A DNA stretch of 64,000 nucleotides from Actinomycetota bacterium (lineage in GTDB: Bacteria > Actinomycetota > UBA4738 > HRBIN12), in assembly GCA_050696355.1 (NCBI GenBank), contig JBOGVD010000002.1, forward strand, positions 1,741-65,740. Direction: 5' to 3'. Each line of letters starts with the position of its first letter. Positions within the stretch are counted from its first letter, which is position 1. The notes beneath the pieces were generated by a model, which ran no database searches, had not been told where the DNA came from, and saw nothing but the letters and a program-made list of their open reading frames with translations. A program made the position numbers and the translations under genes. Of this stretch, positions 18,473-27,543 are shown in pieces.

Positions 18473-19144
18473 ATGCTCTCCCGCATGCCGGCACCGAGCA
18501 ACCGCACACAGGTCCACCGGCACCCCGAACGGGGCGACTACGACCGTTCCACGATCGATCAGATCCTCGATGAGGCACTTATCTGCCACGTCGCGTTCAA
18601 CGACGGCGACGGCGGCCCACGCTGCCTTCCCACGATCCACGCCCGCGTCGGCGCCACGATCTACCTGCACGGCTCGACGGCCGCTCGCGCGTGGAAGGCG
18701 CTCCGCGCCGGCGCCGAGGTGTGCATCGTGGCCACGATCGTCGACGGCCTCGTGATGGCGCGGAGCGCCTTCAACCACTCGATGAACTACCGGTCCGTCA
18801 TGGTCTTCGGGACGGCCCGCGAGGTCACCGACGAGGGCGAGCTCCACACGGCCGCCGCGGCGATCACCTCCCATGTCGCCCCCGGGCGCGAGGATGAGGT
18901 GCGGATGCCCACGGCTGCCGAGTACCGCCAGACCCTCCTCCTCGCGGTCCCGATCGAGGAGGCCTCGGCCAAGGTGCGCTCCGGGCCGCCGAAGGATGAC
19001 GAGGCGGACCTGGAGCTGCCGATCTGGGCAGGCGTGTTGCCACTCGTCACGACCCCCGGGGCTCCCGAGCCCGCCCCGGACCTGGTCGGCGGCCTCGACG
19101 TCTCGCCCTCGGTCGCGGGGTACCACCGACCCGGTCGGCGGTGA
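18473..19144 (+). CDS. Pyridoxamine 5'-phosphate oxidase-family flavin-binding protein
   Basis: Start is ATG 18473 (alternative 18485). R.PERG.YDR.TI..ILDE..ICHVAF and ARSAFNHSMNYRSVMVFG...EASAKVR.GPP.DDE.D are typical of this PNPOx-like subfamily. Confidence 0.88.
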   Translation: MLSRMPAPSNRTQVHRHPERGDYDRSTIDQILDEALICHVAFNDGDGGPRCLPTIHARVGATIYLHGSTAARAWKALRAGAEVCIVATIVDGLVMARSAFNHSMNYRSVMVFGTAREVTDEGELHTAAAAITSHVAPGREDEVRMPTAAEYRQTLLLAVPIEEASAKVRSGPPKDDEADLELPIWAGVLPLVTTPGAPEPAPDLVGGLDVSPSVAGYHRPGRR

Positions 19145-20346
19145 GCTCACCCGTCGAGCGCGGACCACGGCTCCGCGACAGCTACCGCGCGATGCCGCGC
19201 ACGGCATGGGTCCTCTTCGGCGGCACGTTCGTGGCTCGCCTCGCGAGCTTCGTGTTCCCGTTCCTCGCCCTCTACCTCACCGAGCGAGGTCTCTCCGTAG
19301 CGCAGGCCGGTCTCGCGATCACGGGCTACGGCGTGGGCGGCGTCCTCGCGCAGATCTCCGGAGGACTCCTCACCGATCGGATCGGTCGGCGCAACGCGAT
19401 CGCGCTCTCGATGATCACCTCGGGCGGGCTGGTGCTCTTCCTCCTGCAGGCGCGCTCGCTCCCCGCCGTGCTGGCGATCGTGATCGTCTACTCGTTCTTC
19501 GCGGAGCTGCATCGACCCGCGTCCGGTGCGCTGATCGCCGACCTCGTGCCGACCGAGCACCGCGTCGCCGCGTACGCCTTCAATCGGCTGCTGTTCAACC
19601 TCGCGTTCGCCATCGGTCTCGCGCTCGGTGGGGTCGTGGCCGAGCGGTCCTCCTTCACGCTCCTGTTCGTGGCCGATGCGGTGACGTCGGTCTCGTTCGG
19701 CGTGATCTCGCTGCTCGCGCTCCCCCACGGCACCCGGACGCGGAAGCTGGACGAGCGGGGGGCTCGAAGCGCCCGGTCCGCGATCGTCGCCGACCGTGGG
19801 TTCCTCCTCGTCCTGGCCGCGATCTTCGCGGGCGCGCTCGTCTACGCGCAGGCGTACTCCACGTTCCCGCTCTGGGTGAGAGACCTCGGGTTCTCCGAGA
19901 AGGTCTACGGCTTCCTGCAGGGTGCCAACGGCATCCTCGTCGCGGTCTTCGAGCTCGGAGTGACGGCGGTCGCGATGCGCTATCCGCGGACGAGGATGGT
20001 CGCCCTCGGGGTCCTCCTCACGGGCCTCGGGTTCGGAGGCTTCGGCATCCTGCTCTCTGGGGTGGGGATGGCGCTCGCGGTCCTCGTCTGGACGTTCGGG
20101 GAGATGTTCGGATCTCCGAGCGCGGCGGCGTTCGTCGCCGACCGGGCACCCGCGCATCTCCGGGGGCGGTACCTGAGCGCTCTCGGCATCACCTACGGGC
20201 TGGCGTTCACGATCGGCCCGGTCGGGGGGACGGCGATCTACGAGTGGTGGCCGCGCGGCGTCTGGGTCGCGTGCGCGGCGCTCGGGTTGGTCGGAGCGCT
20301 CTCCGCCGTGGCCGCGGAGCGGCACCCGACACCCGAGCAGCCCTGA
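19141..20346 (+). CDS. MFS transporter
   Basis: 401 aa. The GTG start overlaps the previous stop by 4 nt. There are ~12 predicted TM stretches, and the MFS loop motif LTDRIGRR lies between TM2 and TM3. Confidence 0.9.
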   Translation: MSSPVERGPRLRDSYRAMPRTAWVLFGGTFVARLASFVFPFLALYLTERGLSVAQAGLAITGYGVGGVLAQISGGLLTDRIGRRNAIALSMITSGGLVLFLLQARSLPAVLAIVIVYSFFAELHRPASGALIADLVPTEHRVAAYAFNRLLFNLAFAIGLALGGVVAERSSFTLLFVADAVTSVSFGVISLLALPHGTRTRKLDERGARSARSAIVADRGFLLVLAAIFAGALVYAQAYSTFPLWVRDLGFSEKVYGFLQGANGILVAVFELGVTAVAMRYPRTRMVALGVLLTGLGFGGFGILLSGVGMALAVLVWTFGEMFGSPSAAAFVADRAPAHLRGRYLSALGITYGLAFTIGPVGGTAIYEWWPRGVWVACAALGLVGALSAVAAERHPTPEQP

Positions 20347-20351
20347 CCGGA

Positions 20352-20412
20352 TTGACGCCGGGCTCGGTCCGCGCTATATATATCGGAGCGATATACCGAG
20401 TCGATATATCGG
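20352..20412 (+). promoter_or_regulatory. Candidate padR-ino1 promoter overlapped by AT-rich palindromic repeats (candidate PadR operator)
   Basis: TTGACG (20352-20357), a 17-nt spacer, then TATATA (20375-20380). Three related sites follow: ATATATCGG (20379-20387), CGATATACCG (20389-20398) and the perfect palindrome CGATATATCG (20402-20411). This block is strikingly AT-rich for this genome. Confidence 0.55.
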
Positions 20413-20438
20413 CTCGCTACGACGAGGGGAACTCGAAG

Positions 20439-21017
20439 ATGCTCGAACTCGCGGTCCTGGGCCTGCTCAAGGAGCGGCCCATGCACGGCTACCAGCTCTC
20501 CCGCGAGCTGGGTGACTCGCTCGGAGGCCTCTGGCGGGCCTCCTACGGCTCGCTCTATCCGACCCTGCGGCGCCTGGAGCGCGACGCCGCGATCGAATCC
20601 GAGGCGGGCGACGAACGCGGCGCCCGTCGCAAGAAGGTGTACCGGATCACCCCGAAGGGGGAGCAGATCTTCCTCGAGCTCCTCCAGGAGTCGCCGCACG
20701 ACACCCAGACGGAGGACGCGCGGTTCCGGATGCGCCTGGCCTTCTTCCGGTACCTGCCGCCGGAGACCCGCATCCGGCTCCTGGAACGCCGCCGCCAGGC
20801 GCTCACGGACCGCCTGACGACGATCGCCGAGTCCCAGCGGACCGGTCGTCGCACCGACGACTACGGGCGGGCGCTGATCGAGCACAGCCGCAGCGTCACG
20901 GAGTCGGACATCTCGTGGCTCGACGGCCTGATCGCCGCCGAGCGCACCAAGGACGTGACCACCGGGGGGTTGAAGCGCCGCCGCGCGGCGCTTCGTGGAA
21001 AGGAGCGGATCTCGTGA
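20439..21017 (+). CDS. PadR family transcriptional regulator
   Basis: 192 aa. The sequence [23 protein letters not shown]......[18 protein letters not shown] is a canonical PadR winged HTH. Confidence 0.92.
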   Translation: MLELAVLGLLKERPMHGYQLSRELGDSLGGLWRASYGSLYPTLRRLERDAAIESEAGDERGARRKKVYRITPKGEQIFLELLQESPHDTQTEDARFRMRLAFFRYLPPETRIRLLERRRQALTDRLTTIAESQRTGRRTDDYGRALIEHSRSVTESDISWLDGLIAAERTKDVTTGGLKRRRAALRGKERIS

Positions 21018-22141
21018 CCAAGGTACGCATCGCGATCGTGGGCGTCGGCAACTGCGCCTCCTCGCTCGTGCAGGGCCTGGAGTACTACAAGGATGCCGAC
21101 GCGGCCGGAAAGGTCCCGGGCCTGATGCACGTCGAGCTCGGCGGGTACCACGTGGGCGACGTCGAGGTCGTGGCCGCGTTCGACGTCGACGCGAAGAAGG
21201 TCGGCACGGACGTCTCGGAGGCGATCTTCGCCGAGCCGAACAACACGATCCGGTTCTCCGAGGTGCCGCCGCTCGGGGTCACCGTGAGCCGCGGACGGAC
21301 GCTCGACGGCCTGGGCGCCTTCTACCGCGAGGTGATCGAGGAGTCCGACGAGCCGGAGGCCGACGTCGTCCGGGTCCTGCAGGACGCGGACGTCGACGTC
21401 CTGGTCTCCTATCTGCCCGTCGGTTCGGAGGAGGCGGCCCGCTTCTACGCGGAGTGCGCGATCGACGCCGGCGTGGGCTTCGTCAACTGCCTCCCCGCCT
21501 TCATCGCGTCCGATCCCGTCTGGGCTCGGAAGTTCGGCGAGGCCGGCGTCGCCATCGTGGGCGACGACATCAAGTCGCAGGTCGGGGCCACGATCACGCA
21601 CCGGATGCTCGCGAAGCTCTTCGAGGATCGCGGCGCGGAGCTCGACCGCACCTACCAGCTGAACTTCGGCGGCAACATGGACTTCATGAACATGCTCGAG
21701 CGCTCCCGGCTGACCTCGAAGAAGATCTCGAAGACGCAGTCGGTCCAGTCGCAGCTCGACGCGCCGCTCGACAAGGACTCGATCCACATCGGCCCCTCCG
21801 ACCACGTGCCGTGGCTGGAGGACCGGAAGTGGGCGATGATCCGCCTCGAGGGCCGCAACTTCGGCGACGTCCCGATCTCCGTCGAGATGAAGCTCGAGGT
21901 CTGGGATTCGCCGAACTCCGCCGGCGTCGTGATCGACGCGGTCCGCTGCGCGAAGCTCGCGAAGGACCGGGGGGTCGGCGGGCCGCTGATCGGGCCGAGC
22001 GCCTACTTCATGAAGTCGCCGCCGGTCCAGTTCTCGGACACCGCCGCGCACGACATGGTCGAGACGTTCATCCTCGGCAACGGCCAGGCGGAGGATCAGG
22101 ACTGGACCCGCTTCTTCGACGTCCAGTCCGCCGAGGCCTAG
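21014..22141 (+). CDS. ino1: myo-Inositol-1-phosphate synthase
   Basis: GTG 21014 overlaps the padR stop (GTGA). Motifs: [57 protein letters not shown]. Confidence 0.95.
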   Translation: MTKVRIAIVGVGNCASSLVQGLEYYKDADAAGKVPGLMHVELGGYHVGDVEVVAAFDVDAKKVGTDVSEAIFAEPNNTIRFSEVPPLGVTVSRGRTLDGLGAFYREVIEESDEPEADVVRVLQDADVDVLVSYLPVGSEEAARFYAECAIDAGVGFVNCLPAFIASDPVWARKFGEAGVAIVGDDIKSQVGATITHRMLAKLFEDRGAELDRTYQLNFGGNMDFMNMLERSRLTSKKISKTQSVQSQLDAPLDKDSIHIGPSDHVPWLEDRKWAMIRLEGRNFGDVPISVEMKLEVWDSPNSAGVVIDAVRCAKLAKDRGVGGPLIGPSAYFMKSPPVQFSDTAAHDMVETFILGNGQAEDQDWTRFFDVQSAEA

Positions 22142-22174
22142 GCGCCCCGGCGGCTCGGTTAGCCTGACGGCTCG

Positions 22175-23707
22175 GTGGTGACCGGGCCGGGCACGCTCGA
22201 ACGGATCCGCGAGGCTCTCGCGAGCCCCGACTTCCGCAGGCTGGTGGTGATCCGGCTCGTGAGCCAATCCTCCGACGGGCTCTTCCAGTCGGCCCTCGTG
22301 GCCTCGGTCGTGTTCCTGTCCCCGGAGCAGCAGGACACCGCCATCGGGTTCCTGAAGGCAACGCTGGTCATCGCGCTCCCTTACTCGATCCTCGGCCCGT
22401 TCACCGGCGTGTTCATCGACCGGTGGCCGCGCCGGCGGATCCTGCTGCTCGCGCCGTGGGCGAAGGTCGCGTCGGTCGGTCTCGTGCTCTTCGATCCGAT
22501 CGACCAGGCGGTGCCCTTCTTCGCGGGCGCGCTCCTCGTCGTGTCGGTGAACCGGTTCTTCCTCTCGACCGCGGCCGCCGTCGTCCCGCGACTCGTGCCC
22601 CACGAGGATCTCCTCGTCGCGAACTCCCTGGCCACGGTCGGAGGCACCGTGGCGCTGCTCGCCGGCGTCTTCGTCGGAGGACAGGTCATCGACGTCGTCG
22701 GCGCACCCGCCCCGGCGGTCATCGCGGCGGGCATCGGCTGGCTCGCCGCGTCGTGGATCGCGTCGCGCATCGGGAGCTCCCTCAAGCCCCACACGAAACC
22801 CGAGGATCCCGAGCTCCTCCGGCACCAGCTGCGGCGCGTCGGCGTGGAGTTCTCCGACGGGGCACGCCGGCTCCTCCGGAGCCCGCGCGCGATCGGCCCG
22901 ATCGCCTCGATCGCCCTCGACCAGATCGGCCAGGGCATCGTCCTCACGCTGTCGCTCGTGGTGTTCCGACACACGTTCGGTGAGGGCGTCGCATCGTTCT
23001 CCAACCTGATCGGGGCGGGCGGCATCGGCGTCCTGGTCGGCATCCTCACGGTGGGCGAGCTGGAGGAGCGGTTCCCGAAGCCGAGGATCGTCGCGGGAGC
23101 GTTCGTGGCCGGCGGCGTCGTCCTCGTGGCGGTCTCGTTCTTCCTCGGGGATTGGAGCATCCTGCTCGCGAGCTTCGCGGTCGGCCTGACCTTCGCGTGG
23201 AAGAAGATCTCGGTCGACACGATGGTCCAGGAGGCGATCCCCGACGGATATCGCGGACGCGTGTTCAGCGTCTACGACGTCGTCTACAACCTCGCGCGCG
23301 TGGCCGCCGCGGCGCTCGCGATCCCGATGATCCCCCGGCTCGGGGTCGAGGGTTCCCTCGCCGTCGTGGGGGCGGTCTTCCTCCTCTGGACGCCGATCGT
23401 CGGCCGCTGGTACGGGAGGGAGCCGGCGCTCGAGATCCGGTTCACCGCCGGCGGCCGCGCCGACGAGACCCCGCGCACGATCGTCTGGGGCGGCGCCGAG
23501 GAGCCCGTCGACCTCGTGCGCACGTGGCGGGAGGAACGCGACGGGGAGCGCTGCCTGGCGTTCCGCGTCGCCCTCGCCGACGGCACGGAGCTCGACGTGA
23601 GCCGCCGGGAGCCGGACGGGCCCTGGCGCCTCGACCGCGAATGGGACCGCGCCGGCGCTGCGGCGCCGGGGATCGTGGCCGACGATCCGACCGAGCGGGA
23701 GCCGTGA
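22175..23707 (+). CDS. MFS transporter with ~110-aa soluble C-terminal extension
   Basis: 510 aa. The N-terminal ~400 aa is polytopic (MFS_3/EntS-like: FRRL...S..DG...AL). The C-terminal segment EIRFTAGGRADETPRTIVWGGAEEPVDLVRTWREERDGERCLAFRVALADGTELDVSRREPDGPWRLDREWD is hydrophilic. Confidence 0.88.
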   Translation: MVTGPGTLERIREALASPDFRRLVVIRLVSQSSDGLFQSALVASVVFLSPEQQDTAIGFLKATLVIALPYSILGPFTGVFIDRWPRRRILLLAPWAKVASVGLVLFDPIDQAVPFFAGALLVVSVNRFFLSTAAAVVPRLVPHEDLLVANSLATVGGTVALLAGVFVGGQVIDVVGAPAPAVIAAGIGWLAASWIASRIGSSLKPHTKPEDPELLRHQLRRVGVEFSDGARRLLRSPRAIGPIASIALDQIGQGIVLTLSLVVFRHTFGEGVASFSNLIGAGGIGVLVGILTVGELEERFPKPRIVAGAFVAGGVVLVAVSFFLGDWSILLASFAVGLTFAWKKISVDTMVQEAIPDGYRGRVFSVYDVVYNLARVAAAALAIPMIPRLGVEGSLAVVGAVFLLWTPIVGRWYGREPALEIRFTAGGRADETPRTIVWGGAEEPVDLVRTWREERDGERCLAFRVALADGTELDVSRREPDGPWRLDREWDRAGAAAPGIVADDPTEREP

Positions 23708-24327
23708 TGGACGATCGGATACGACACCGCGTGCTGATCGTCGGGGCGGCCGTCCTGGCGCTGCTGTCGATCGGAGCCGGGGCGCTGATCGCGCTCTCCG
23801 ATGACGACGAGCGCGCGGCAGACCGCGGGCCGACTCCGAGCCCGACGGCGACGTCGACCACCCCGTCGACCTCGTCGACGACCCGAACCCCCGTGCCGTC
23901 GGCGTCGGCGGCCAGCGCACCCCCTGCGTCCGAGTCTCCGATCCTGGAGGACGGCCGGCACTTCGTGTACGTGACCCGCGCCGCCCGGCTGGAGGACGGC
24001 TCGGCCACCGTGACGTTCGACCTCGCGTACTTCCTCGTCGGGGACGAGGCGGAGGAGGCCGCGGCTGCGCACGACGACGAGTTCGTGAACGACTTCTACA
24101 TCGTGAACGACAATCAGCGGCTGCGAACCCTCCCGCTCGCCGACGAGGTCCGCGTGCGCTACTTCCCGATCGGTCAGTGCTGTGAGATGCAGCGGGGCGA
24201 CATGGATGCCTGGCTGGAGTCGATCCGGGAGACGAGCCAGACCGACTACGAGGGCATGGACGTGCCCTGGTGGCTCACGATCGAGGACGGCACGGTCACG
24301 CGGATCGAGCAGCACTTCCTGCCGTAG
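23707..24327 (+). CDS. Membrane-anchored hypothetical protein with Ser/Thr/Pro-rich linker
   Basis: ATG 23707 overlaps the MFS stop by 1 nt (alternative GTG 23704). It has an N-terminal TM helix, an STP-rich linker and a ~130-aa C-terminal globular part containing a CC pair. Confidence 0.75.
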   Translation: MDDRIRHRVLIVGAAVLALLSIGAGALIALSDDDERAADRGPTPSPTATSTTPSTSSTTRTPVPSASAASAPPASESPILEDGRHFVYVTRAARLEDGSATVTFDLAYFLVGDEAEEAAAAHDDEFVNDFYIVNDNQRLRTLPLADEVRVRYFPIGQCCEMQRGDMDAWLESIRETSQTDYEGMDVPWWLTIEDGTVTRIEQHFLP

Positions 24328-25564
24328 GCGCGTCCGCGGTCACCGTCGAGGCCCCTCCTCGGCTCCGGAGGGCGATCAACCCGGCCGCGACGGCGACCGC
24401 CCCGCCGGCCACGATCGTGGCGGGGGCGCCGGAGGTCTCGGCGATCCATCCGGTGATCGGCCCGCCGATCGCCGTGCTCCCGAGGAAGATCGTCGTGTAC
24501 AGCGCCATGACCCGTCCCCGCATGTCCGCGCGCGTGAACCGCTGCAGCGTGGAGTTCGCCGTGATCGCGAACAGCATCGACGCGTAGCCGACGGGCACCA
24601 TCGAGACCAGCGCCAGCACGAACGTCGGGGCCAACCCCGCCACGGCGAGGAGCACGCCGAACGCGGCGGAGAAGGCGGCCAGGCGCCGCAGTGTGGGCTC
24701 GGTCTGTCGATTCGCCATCGCGATCGCGCCGAGGAACGCCCCGAGCCCGAGGGCGGCGTACAGGAGGCCGATCTCCTGCGCCGAGCCATCGTAGGTCCGG
24801 TAGGCGTGCAGCGGGATCACTACGCTGAAGTTGAAGGTGAACAGGTACACGAGCAGCATCACCAGGAGCGGGACGCGGAGCGCGCGGGAGCCCCAGACGT
24901 AGCGGAGCCCGGCACGGACGAGACCGGGTTCCCGCTCGGCCTTCCGCTGCACGTGCAGCTCGTCGATCCGCATCGCCAACAGGGCCACGATCACGCCGAC
25001 GTAGGAGACCGTGTCCAGCAGGAACGGCGACCACAGGCCGAATTGGTCGATCATCGTCCCCGCGATCGCGCCCCCGAGCACGCGGGTGCCCGTGAACACC
25101 GCGCTGTTCAGGCTGATCGCGTTCGTGATGTGCTGCTCCCCAACCAGCTCCACGTAGAACGACTGGCGCGTCGGCGGCTCGATCGCGAGGATCAGTCCCG
25201 TCAGGAACGCGATCACGAACACCATCCAGATCTCCACCACGTCCGTGGCGACCAGCGCGAACTGCACGGCGGCCAGCAGACCGTAGCCCGCGTTGGACCA
25301 GACGAGGATGCGGCGCTTGTCGAACCGATCGGCGATCGAGCCCGCCCAGACCCCGAAGAACAGGACCGGGAGGAAGAGCAGGGCCGACTCGATGCCGAGG
25401 GCGATACCGCTATCGGTCAGGTGGAGGACCAGGACCGCCCCCGCGGTCCAGTTCACCCAGGTGCCAGTGACCGAGATGAGCTGTCCGACGAAGAAGAGCC
25501 GGAAGTTCCTCGACACGTGCATCGAGGCGAACGTCTTCCTCGTTTCGTCGGCGAGCCGGGACAT
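24296..25564 (-). CDS. MFS transporter (EntS/MFS_3-like)
   Basis: 422 aa. The sequence NFRLFFVGQLISVTGTWVNWTA...GSIADRFDKRR is typical. There are 12 TM-like stretches. Its 3' end overlaps the convergent gene by 32 nt. Confidence 0.9.
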   Translation of the reverse strand: MSRLADETRKTFASMHVSRNFRLFFVGQLISVTGTWVNWTAGAVLVLHLTDSGIALGIESALLFLPVLFFGVWAGSIADRFDKRRILVWSNAGYGLLAAVQFALVATDVVEIWMVFVIAFLTGLILAIEPPTRQSFYVELVGEQHITNAISLNSAVFTGTRVLGGAIAGTMIDQFGLWSPFLLDTVSYVGVIVALLAMRIDELHVQRKAEREPGLVRAGLRYVWGSRALRVPLLVMLLVYLFTFNFSVVIPLHAYRTYDGSAQEIGLLYAALGLGAFLGAIAMANRQTEPTLRRLAAFSAAFGVLLAVAGLAPTFVLALVSMVPVGYASMLFAITANSTLQRFTRADMRGRVMALYTTIFLGSTAIGGPITGWIAETSGAPATIVAGGAVAVAAGLIALRSRGGASTVTADAPTAGSAARSA

Positions 25565-25625
25565 GCCTCCAGGGTACGAGGCGCACCGATGAGCACCAGC
25601 GACGGCGGCGCGATGACCGGTTCGC

Positions 25626-26201
25626 CTAGATGAAGAGGCTGACCGCGGCGTCCCGCATCTCCGCGATCGCGGTCGCGGCGCCGATCGGCTCCTCGAGCCC
25701 GTCCAGCAGGTCCTCGTGCTCTAGGCCGAGCAGGTCCATCGTCATCTGGCAGGGGATCAGCCGGACCCCAAGGTCCTTCGCGGTCTCGATCAGCTCCTCC
25801 GGCTTGGCCACCTGATGGTCGTTCGCCAGCTTCTTGAACATCGCGGGGCCCGCACCGGCGAACTGGTAGCGGCTGAGCTTGGCCTTCTGGGCGGAACCCG
25901 GGTTCATCATCGACATCATCTTCTGCATCCAGTTCGAGCCGGTGATACGCACGTCCGGCTTCACGATCGCGAACAGGCCCCAGAACGTGAAGAAGACCGA
26001 CGACTCCATCCCGGACGCGGCCGCGGTGGTCGCGAGGATCGTCGTCGGCCAGATCCGGTCCAGATCGCCGCCCCACGCGATGATCGTGAGCTTGTTCTTC
26101 TTCTCGATCCGCTTGCCGTCCGCCTCCTCGAGCGCCTCGACGCGACGGAGCAGGTCGGCGAGTTGGAGATCGGCGGACAGGTCGGTTTCGGTCGTCGCCA
26201 T
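25626..26201 (-). CDS. DsrE/DsrF/DrsH-like sulfur-relay family protein
   Basis: 191 aa from ATG (cat at 26199-26201). The sequence KLTIIAWGGDLDRIWPTTILATTAAASGMESSVFFTFWGL is characteristic of the DsrE-like family that pairs with TusA. Confidence 0.85.
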   Translation of the reverse strand: MATTETDLSADLQLADLLRRVEALEEADGKRIEKKNKLTIIAWGGDLDRIWPTTILATTAAASGMESSVFFTFWGLFAIVKPDVRITGSNWMQKMMSMMNPGSAQKAKLSRYQFAGAGPAMFKKLANDHQVAKPEELIETAKDLGVRLIPCQMTMDLLGLEHEDLLDGLEEPIGAATAIAEMRDAAVSLFI

Positions 26202-26206
26202 CCCGC

Positions 26207-26437
26207 TCACCGCTTCCGGACCACGAAGCGATAGGTGCCATCGGCCTCCGAGGCGTCCAGCAGGTCGTTGCCGCTGAGCTCGGCCCAGCTCGGCACGTCG
26301 CTCTTCGAGCCGGGATCGGTGGCGAGGAGCTCGAACAGGTCGCCGGACTTCGCTCCCTTCAGTGCCTTGGCGAGCGACACCAACGGACCCGGGCACGACT
26401 GTCCCTTGGCATCGACGGTGGCGGTGATGGTGTCCAT
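26207..26437 (-). CDS. TusA/SirA-family sulfurtransferase
   Basis: 76 aa from ATG (cat at 26435-26437). It has the active-site motif DAKGQSCPGPLV (CPxP). Its stop lies 5 nt upstream of the dsrE-like gene. Confidence 0.88.
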   Translation of the reverse strand: MDTITATVDAKGQSCPGPLVSLAKALKGAKSGDLFELLATDPGSKSDVPSWAELSGNDLLDASEADGTYRFVVRKR

Positions 26438-26645
26438 GGCGGGACCTCCTGGGATCGCTGTGAGGGCGGTGCGGGTGCTGCGCGGAAGGTGGCTGCCGTC
26501 CCTGGTCAGGCCGGACAGCAGATGCGGTCGGGGATCATCGCCCCCACGGTGCCGGCTTCGCGCGTGCAAACCATTCGCAGGTGTCACAGCCTAGTCACGT
26601 CCCGGAGTTCCGGCAAGGGCTCCGCTGCAAGCGCTCCACGGAGCT

Positions 26646-27443
26646 TCAGGCGTCGATCGGATCGAGCACCCGGACGCAGCCCCCGGAGGCGCCGAGCTGG
26701 CGGAGCCCCTCCCGGTCACCCGGCCCCAGGTCGACCACGCCGCCGCCGGCAGGGTGCATGACCTCGCCCGGCGTCTTCACGTGTCCGAGCCCCATCAGAT
26801 GGCCGAGCTCGTGGAGGATCACCGGGCCCTGCTCCCCGGGCAGGTCGAACCCGGGCAGGTTCGGGTCGTCCGCGTTGATCGCCACCCACCCGCTGACGTA
26901 GACGTCTTCGATGCGAGTGGGAGGGATCACGGGCACGGCCACCCCGGCGGCGACCCGATCGCCACGCTCGAACGGGATGTCCGAGGCGTCCGGATCCACC
27001 CACGCGATGAGGACCGGCGCCCAGCGAGGTCCGTACCGATCGGGTTGGAAGACCTCCCGAAACGCCGACGCTTCTTCGTTCGTGAGGCCCTCGTAGGCGA
27101 ACACGATGCCCGTTGCCGCCGAGACCCTCCGGACGGCTTCGTGCACGTCGGCGATCGACCCCGGCGGCGCCAGGGACGGGTTCACGACGTAGCTGATCGG
27201 CTGGCACGGGTTCCAGCGCGTGGGCACACCCTGGTCCGTCCGGTCGAGGAAGAGGAACCCCGGCCCTACGGTCGCGTCCGCGCCTTGGAACAGCGGCGCC
27301 ACGGCGACGGCTCCCACGCTGAGGGCGAGCAGCACGCAGACGGCGACCACCCACGCCGAGACGCGGCGCCGCGGCGGGGGTTCGATCCAGACGAGATCGG
27401 GCCGGAGCGGGACCGGCGGCGGGGGAAGGTGCTCGCGCTCCAT
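26646..27443 (-). CDS. Membrane-anchored matrixin-like (M10/metzincin) zinc metalloprotease
   Basis: 265 aa. N-terminal TM anchor. Zinc motif HELGHLMGLGH (HExxHxxGxxH). Confidence 0.88.
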   Translation of the reverse strand: MEREHLPPPPVPLRPDLVWIEPPPRRRVSAWVVAVCVLLALSVGAVAVAPLFQGADATVGPGFLFLDRTDQGVPTRWNPCQPISYVVNPSLAPPGSIADVHEAVRRVSAATGIVFAYEGLTNEEASAFREVFQPDRYGPRWAPVLIAWVDPDASDIPFERGDRVAAGVAVPVIPPTRIEDVYVSGWVAINADDPNLPGFDLPGEQGPVILHELGHLMGLGHVKTPGEVMHPAGGGVVDLGPGDREGLRQLGASGGCVRVLDPIDA

Positions 27444-27543
27444 CTCACCATCCTAGGTCGGGGTCTGTGAAAGCCATCGGCCTGCGAGGACCGTCCCTTC
27501 ACCATCCGTCCATCGGATCGGGACCGATGGGTATCGTGAAGAC

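Noticed and set aside
20861-23920. 1019-aa minus-strand ORF
   Set aside because: It is antisense to padR, ino1 and the MFS gene, all of which have unmistakable family motifs. Its composition is dominated by R/D/G/H/E/P and it has no motifs.
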